Sequence record: ON528734
Source of the DNA: Shigella phage ESh24
DNA: 64,000 nucleotides
Strand: one strand, 5' to 3'
Positions within the stretch are counted from its first letter, which is position 1. Every line of letters starts with the position of its first letter. The notes under the pieces were generated by a model. It worked only from the letters and a program-made list of their open reading frames with translations, ran no database searches and was not told the DNA's origin. Shown here piece after piece: positions 59,285 to 64,000 of this stretch. Position numbers and translations under genes: made by a program.

Positions 59285-59735
59285 GTTAGAGATTAGAAGC
59301 AATTTTAGGTGGCCATCATGTGCATTAAGTAATTTCGCCCAATGGCCTTTCGTTATGGATGGTATTCAATTTGGAGGTCTTGAAGGATTCCTCCAAGGAT
59401 GCAAGGTGAAAAATGTTGAACAACAACGTCGTATATTTGGGTTATCTGGGCTTGCCGCCCAACAAGCTGGAAGGTCTTATGCTAGAGCTCAGGACCGTGG
59501 GACCCTCTTCTGGCTTGGAGTTCCGTTTTCAAGATACTCACCAGCGTGGAAAGAGTTGTACACAAATGCATATTTTGAAGCAGCGATTCAAAACAAGGGT
59601 TTTCGTGATGCATTACAAGCCTCTAAAGGAAAAATTTTGAAGCATAGCATGGCTAGTGGTCTAACAAAAGATGATACAATACTAACCGAAGCTGAATTTA
59701 TTGATGTGTTAAACCTATTAAGAGACTCTCTATGA
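59277..59735 (+). CDS. NADAR (YbiA/DUF1768)-like protein
   Basis: 152 aa from ATG 59277; LSNFAQWPFVMDGIQFGGLEGFLQGCK parallels the YbiA motif FSNFAAWPIKVDGKTWPTSEHYFQAQK as I recall it. Confidence 0.5.
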   Translation: MPELEIRSNFRWPSCALSNFAQWPFVMDGIQFGGLEGFLQGCKVKNVEQQRRIFGLSGLAAQQAGRSYARAQDRGTLFWLGVPFSRYSPAWKELYTNAYFEAAIQNKGFRDALQASKGKILKHSMASGLTKDDTILTEAEFIDVLNLLRDSL

Positions 59736-60571
59736 AGCCTACTATTTTAACTGATATTGATGGAGTATGTTTAAGCTGGCAATCAGGCCTTCCTTATTTT
59801 GCTCAGAAATATAATCTTCCGTTGGAACATATTTTAAAAATGATCCAAGATGAGAAATTTATTTCTCCTGGTAAGCTCTTTAATTGCGATGAAGAACTTG
59901 GTGTTAAATTAATCGAAAAGTATAATCGTTCAGATTTTATTCGTTACTTGTCTCCATATAAAGATGCCCTGTGTGTAATTAATAAATTAAAAGAAGATTA
60001 TAATTTTGTAGCTGTTACAGCATTGGGTGATTCTATTGACGCTCTGTTGAATCGTCAATTTAATTTGAATGCTCTTTTTCCTGGTGCCTTCTCAGAAGTA
60101 ATGATGTGTGGTCATGATTCTTCAAAAGAAGAGTTATTCAAAAAGGCAAAAGAGAAATATAACGTAATTTGTTATATTGACGATCTCGCTCACCACTGCG
60201 ACCACGCGAGTGAAATATTAAATGTTCCTGTTTATTGGATGGCTCGAGGGGAGCGTGACAGTATTCCAAAAACTGCGCAGCGAGTTTATACATGGAATGA
60301 TGTAGAGAATAAGCTTTTTCCATCGAAGGAAAATAAAGAAAGTTTTGATAGTGAAAAAGCTATAAAAGATTTAATTGAGAAGATGGTTAAAAACGATTCT
60401 TTTCCTTGGAACACTACCTGGAGAACGCCTGGATTTAATCCTTATAATCATCCATATCATCCATATCAGACACATCCATTTCAGACATGGAACTATATTA
60501 AACCTGGTGGCATAGAGTATTTGTATAATAGACCTACTGGTGGTGATAATATTTTCCAAGGAGCATTCTAA
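59732..60571 (+). CDS. HAD-superfamily phosphatase-like protein with aromatic/His/Pro-rich tail
   Basis: 279 aa; motif I ILTDIDGV; C-terminal PGFNPYNHPYHPYQTHPFQTWNY. Confidence 0.55.
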   Translation: MKPTILTDIDGVCLSWQSGLPYFAQKYNLPLEHILKMIQDEKFISPGKLFNCDEELGVKLIEKYNRSDFIRYLSPYKDALCVINKLKEDYNFVAVTALGDSIDALLNRQFNLNALFPGAFSEVMMCGHDSSKEELFKKAKEKYNVICYIDDLAHHCDHASEILNVPVYWMARGERDSIPKTAQRVYTWNDVENKLFPSKENKESFDSEKAIKDLIEKMVKNDSFPWNTTWRTPGFNPYNHPYHPYQTHPFQTWNYIKPGGIEYLYNRPTGGDNIFQGAF

Positions 60572-60840
60572 TGTTTGTTGTTCACACTATTTATGAAAAT
60601 GAAGGTAATACTACACGTGATTACGGTCACGTAAATCAATTTTTTAGATGCAATCCAGAATTCCGAGCTCAAAAAGACGAACGAATTTTTAAAAAATGTG
60701 TAGAGCAAGGTTTCATTTACGTTAAGCACTGGATGCAAGGAAATAAAGTTAGAACTACATATCATAAGTCTTTGCCTGAGCTTAATGATGAATTGATTTA
60801 TAATAGAGCTGTAAACCAAACTCTAAAGGATGAACAATGA
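60571..60840 (+). CDS. hypothetical protein (position of T4 30.1)
   Basis: 89 aa; TAATG coupling, ATGA overlap with the ligase gene. Confidence 0.55.
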   Translation: MFVVHTIYENEGNTTRDYGHVNQFFRCNPEFRAQKDERIFKKCVEQGFIYVKHWMQGNKVRTTYHKSLPELNDELIYNRAVNQTLKDEQ

Positions 60841-62300
60841 TTCTTAAAATTCTGAACGAAATAGCATCTATTGGTTCAACTAAGCAGAAGCAAGCAATTC
60901 TTGAAAAGAATAAAGATAATGAATTGCTTAAACGAGTATATCGTCTGACTTATTCTCGTGGGTTACAGTATTATATCAAGAAATGGCCTAAACCGGGTAT
61001 TGCTACCCAGAGTTTTGGAATGTTGACTCTTACCGATATGCTTGACTTCATTGAATTCACGTTAGCTACTCGGAAATTGACTGGAAATGCGGCAATTGAG
61101 GAATTAACTGGATATATTACTGACGGTAAAAAAGATGATGTTGAAGTTTTGCGTCGGGTGATGATGCGAGACCTTGAATGCGGTGCTTCAGTATCTATTG
61201 CGAACAAAGTTTGGCCAGGTTTAATTCCTGAACAACCTCAAATGCTTGCAAGTTCTTATGATGAAAAAGGCATTAATAAGAATATCAAATTTCCAGCCTT
61301 TGCCCAGTTAAAAGCTGATGGAGCTCGGTGCTTTGCTGAAGTCAGAGGTGATGAATTAGATGATGTTCGTCTTTTATCACGAGCTGGTAATGAATATCTA
61401 GGATTAGATCTTCTCAAGGAAGAGTTAATCAAAATGACTGCAGAAGCTCGTCAGATTCATCCAGAAGGTGTGTTAATTGATGGCGAATTGGTATACCATG
61501 AGCAAGTTGAAAAGGAACCAGAAGGCCTAGATTTTCTTTTTGATGCTTATCCTGAAATTAGTAAAGCTAAAGAATTCGCCGAAGTAGCTGAATCACGTAC
61601 TGCATCTAATGGCATCGCCAATAAATCTTTAAAGGGAACTATTTCAGAAAAAGAAGCTCAATGCATGAAGTTTCAGGTCTGGGACTATGTTCCATTAGTA
61701 GAAATATATGGTCTTCCTGCATTTCGTTTAAAGTATGATGCACGTTTTTCTAAACTAGAACAAATGACATCAGGCTATGATAAAGTAATTTTAATTGAAA
61801 ACCAGCTAGTAAATAACCTAGATGAAGCTAAGGTAATTTACAAAAAGTATATTGACCAAGGTCTTGAAGGTATTATTCTCAAAAATATCGATGGATTATG
61901 GGAAAATGCTCGTTCAAAAAATCTTTATAAATTTAAAGAAGTAATTGATGTTGATTTAAAAATTGTAGGAATTTATCCGCACCGTAAAGACCCTACTAAA
62001 GCAGGTGGATTTATTCTTGAGTCAGAGTGTGGAAAAATTAAAGTAAATGCTGGTTCAGGCTTAAAAGATAAAGCCGGTGTAAAATCGCATGAACTTGACC
62101 GTACTCGCATTATGGAAAACCAAAATTATTATATTGGAAAAATTCTAGAGTGCGAATGCAACGGTTGGTTAAAATCTGATGGCCGCACTGATTACGTTAA
62201 ATTATTTCTTCCGATTGCGATTCGTTTACGTGAAGATAAAACTAAAGCTAATACATTCGAGGATGTATTTGGTGATTTTCATGAGGTAACTGGTCTATGA
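60837..62300 (+). CDS. 30: ATP-dependent DNA ligase gp30
   Basis: 487 aa; adenylylation motif AQLKADGARCF (KxDG); matches T4 ligase. Confidence 0.97.
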   Translation: MILKILNEIASIGSTKQKQAILEKNKDNELLKRVYRLTYSRGLQYYIKKWPKPGIATQSFGMLTLTDMLDFIEFTLATRKLTGNAAIEELTGYITDGKKDDVEVLRRVMMRDLECGASVSIANKVWPGLIPEQPQMLASSYDEKGINKNIKFPAFAQLKADGARCFAEVRGDELDDVRLLSRAGNEYLGLDLLKEELIKMTAEARQIHPEGVLIDGELVYHEQVEKEPEGLDFLFDAYPEISKAKEFAEVAESRTASNGIANKSLKGTISEKEAQCMKFQVWDYVPLVEIYGLPAFRLKYDARFSKLEQMTSGYDKVILIENQLVNNLDEAKVIYKKYIDQGLEGIILKNIDGLWENARSKNLYKFKEVIDVDLKIVGIYPHRKDPTKAGGFILESECGKIKVNAGSGLKDKAGVKSHELDRTRIMENQNYYIGKILECECNGWLKSDGRTDYVKLFLPIAIRLREDKTKANTFEDVFGDFHEVTGL

Positions 62301-62485
62301 AAGCTTACTTAGAAACAATTGTCATTGCTCAAAAAGAAGGTGGAGATGTTTCTACTTCTGTATCACAAGTCATTCTCGAATTTGTAGATGCATATGCTTA
62401 TAATAAATTCACAGAAACATTTGATGCCTATGAAAAAGGTCCAAAGTTTGAAATATACCGTACTCTCTTACCACTAGATTACTAA
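62297..62485 (+). CDS. hypothetical protein
   Basis: 62 aa; ATGA overlap with gene 30. Confidence 0.5.
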   Translation: MKAYLETIVIAQKEGGDVSTSVSQVILEFVDAYAYNKFTETFDAYEKGPKFEIYRTLLPLDY

Positions 62486-62500
62486 AGGCCTTCGGGCCTT
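62485..62500 (+). terminator. UUCG hairpin
   Basis: aaggcc-ttcg-ggcctt overlapping the preceding stop codon. Confidence 0.55.
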
Positions 62501-62506
62501 TAATTT

Positions 62507-62514
62507 TATAAATA
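62507..62514 (+). promoter_or_regulatory. late promoter for alt
   Basis: Exact TATAAATA 24 nt upstream of the alt ATG. Confidence 0.7.
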
Positions 62515-62537
62515 GAATAAACACTAGAGAGGATATG

Positions 62538-64000
62538 ATGGAACTCATTACAGAATTATTTGACGAAGATACTACTCTTCCGATTACAAACTTAAATCCA
62601 AAGAAGAAAATACCACAAATTTTTTCAGTTCATGTTGATGACGCAATTGAACAACCAGGCTTTCGTTTATGTACCTATACATCTGGAGGTGATACTAATC
62701 GCGATTTAAAGATGGGCGATAAAATGATGCATATTGTTCCTTTTACATTAACTGCTAAAGGTTCAATTGCTAAATTAAAAGGTCTTGGTCCAAGCCCAAT
62801 TAATTATATCAATTCAGTTTTTACTGTTGCAATGCAAACAATGCGCCAGTATAAAATTGATGCTTGTATGCTTCGTATTCTTAAGTCTAAAACTGCTGGC
62901 CAAGCTCGACAAATTCAAGTTATTGCTGATAGACTTATCCGTAGTCGTTCAGGTGGCAGATACGTCCTTCTTAAGGAACTCTGGGATTATGATAAAAAGT
63001 ATGCATATATTCTTATACATCGCAAAAATGTATCACTAGAAGACATTCCAGGAGTTCCGGAAATTAGTACCGAGCTCTTTACTAAAGTTGAATCGAAGGT
63101 CGGTGATGTTTATATCAATAAAGATACTGGGGCTCAAGTAACTAAAAATGAGGCAATTGCAGCATCTATTGCACAAGAAAATGATAAACGTTCTGACCAA
63201 GCTGTAATCGTTAAAGTTAAAATTTCACGTAGAGCAATTGCGCAAAGTCAATCATTGGAATCTTCTAGATTTGAAAGTGAATTATTCCAGAAGTATGAAT
63301 CTACCGCAGCTAATTTCAATAAACCTGCTACAGCTCCTTTAATTCCTGAAGCAGAAGAAATGAAGCTTGGAATTAATTCATTAGCTTCTAAAACTAAGGC
63401 AGCAAAAATTATTGCTGAAGGAACTGCAGATGAACTTCATTATGACTATAAATTCTTTTCAAAAAGTGAGGTTAATGAAGTTTCTGAAAAAATTAAAGAT
63501 GTAATTCTTAATGCGATTAAAAATGAACCAACTACTTCAATAAAATGTTTAGAGAAATACGCAGCAGCTGTTAATCAATTATTTGAAGAATATAAAGATA
63601 ACTGGCTTGATAAACATAATAAAACTCGTAAAGGACAGACAGATGAAGTCTGGGAAGAAATAACTAAAAATTCCTGGAACGCAGCAAAAACTAAATTCCT
63701 CAAACGAATGATTTATAGCTTTTCTGGAATTGGTGCAGGTCCAATGATTGATATTACTATTGCCCGTGATGGTTCTAAATATACTCCATCACAAAAGCGC
63801 GGCATTAGAGAGTATTGTGGTTCAGGATATACTGACATCAATAATCTTCTTTTAGGACGCTACAATCCAGAACGATATGATGTAATGAGTGAAAAAGAAA
63901 TTGAATCTGCTATAAATAACTTAGATTCAGCTTTTGAAAATGGTGACCGTATACCAGAAGGCATTACAGTTTATCGTGCTCAAAGTATGACTGCTCCTAT
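62538..64000 (+). CDS. alt: ADP-ribosyltransferase Alt (virion-packaged), 5' part; runs off the window end
   Basis: Open frame MELITELFDEDTTLPITNLNPKKKIPQIFSVHVDD.. with no stop to nt 64000, so absent from the ORF track; reaches the ART region GITVYRAQS; ATG 62535 is an alternative start. Confidence 0.9.
   Translation, partial: MELITELFDEDTTLPITNLNPKKKIPQIFSVHVDDAIEQPGFRLCTYTSGGDTNRDLKMGDKMMHIVPFTLTAKGSIAKLKGLGPSPINYINSVFTVAMQTMRQYKIDACMLRILKSKTAGQARQIQVIADRLIRSRSGGRYVLLKELWDYDKKYAYILIHRKNVSLEDIPGVPEISTELFTKVESKVGDVYINKDTGAQVTKNEAIAASIAQENDKRSDQAVIVKVKISRRAIAQSQSLESSRFESELFQKYESTAANFNKPATAPLIPEAEEMKLGINSLASKTKAAKIIAEGTADELHYDYKFFSKSEVNEVSEKIKDVILNAIKNEPTTSIKCLEKYAAAVNQLFEEYKDNWLDKHNKTRKGQTDEVWEEITKNSWNAAKTKFLKRMIYSFSGIGAGPMIDITIARDGSKYTPSQKRGIREYCGSGYTDINNLLLGRYNPERYDVMSEKEIESAINNLDSAFENGDRIPEGITVYRAQSMTAP

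Noticed and set aside
62785-63039. ORF 62785-63039 (+), and ORFs 47422-47790, 59413-59640, 58315-58509, 4985-5194 and 16000-16182
   Set aside because: These are alternative-frame ORFs nested inside confidently identified genes (alt, nrdA, the NADAR-like ORF, the basic 58-aa ORF, the Cys-rich ORF, gene 39). They have no independent SD.

Overview
This window is a contiguous 64-kb piece of a T-even (T4-like, Tequatrovirus-type) coliphage genome, and almost every ORF is recognisable by sequence, length or position. On the + strand lie the early and middle genes: sp, 61, dam, 56, soc, modB, modA, srd, dda, dexA, motB, 39, rIIA, rIIB, denB, ndd, stp, ac, 52, motA, arn, asiA. The late holin and long-tail-fibre block t-38-37-36-35-34 follows on the - strand. 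The + strand then resumes with rnh, dsbA, 33, 59, 32, frd, td, nrdA, nrdB, denA, rnlA(63), alc, the spanin pair, pseT, cd, 31, rIII, the 30.x ORFs, 30 and the 5' part of alt. Regulatory grammar is typical T4: about 20 early promoters (TTTAC(A/T)-17 nt-TA(C/T)(T/A)AT), MotA-box middle promoters, TATAAATA late promoters, UUCG/GNRA hairpins and the gene 32 pseudoknot operator. I found no rRNA, tRNA or CRISPR. As far as I recall T4, this phage differs from it in five ways. (1) Gene 39 is unsplit at 605 aa, with no gene 60, mobA or bypass element. (2) gp38 is a T2/T6-type glycine-rich adhesin, and gp37 ends in an S74-type self-cleaving chaperone domain. (3) The nrdB intron is the long form, carrying a full-length 269-aa HNH I-TevIII. 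The td intron with I-TevI is exactly 1016 nt. (4) segG and mobE are absent. (5) Extra DNA is inserted between 61 and dam and between frd and td. The most interesting candidates are these. (a) The 61-dam island holds a 186-aa PD-(D/E)xK nuclease-like ORF whose stop overlaps the Dam start (TAATG), plus an antisense two-TM ORF. This could be a GATC-directed nuclease/methylase module. (b) An ORF-poor, relatively GC-rich ~400-nt island with several hairpins lies between rIII and the next gene. (c) Three accessory genes (ac, arn, and the ORF after cd) each carry an apparent +1 frameshift at a T-run. All function calls rest on my reading of translated ORFs and recalled family motifs. No database search was possible.
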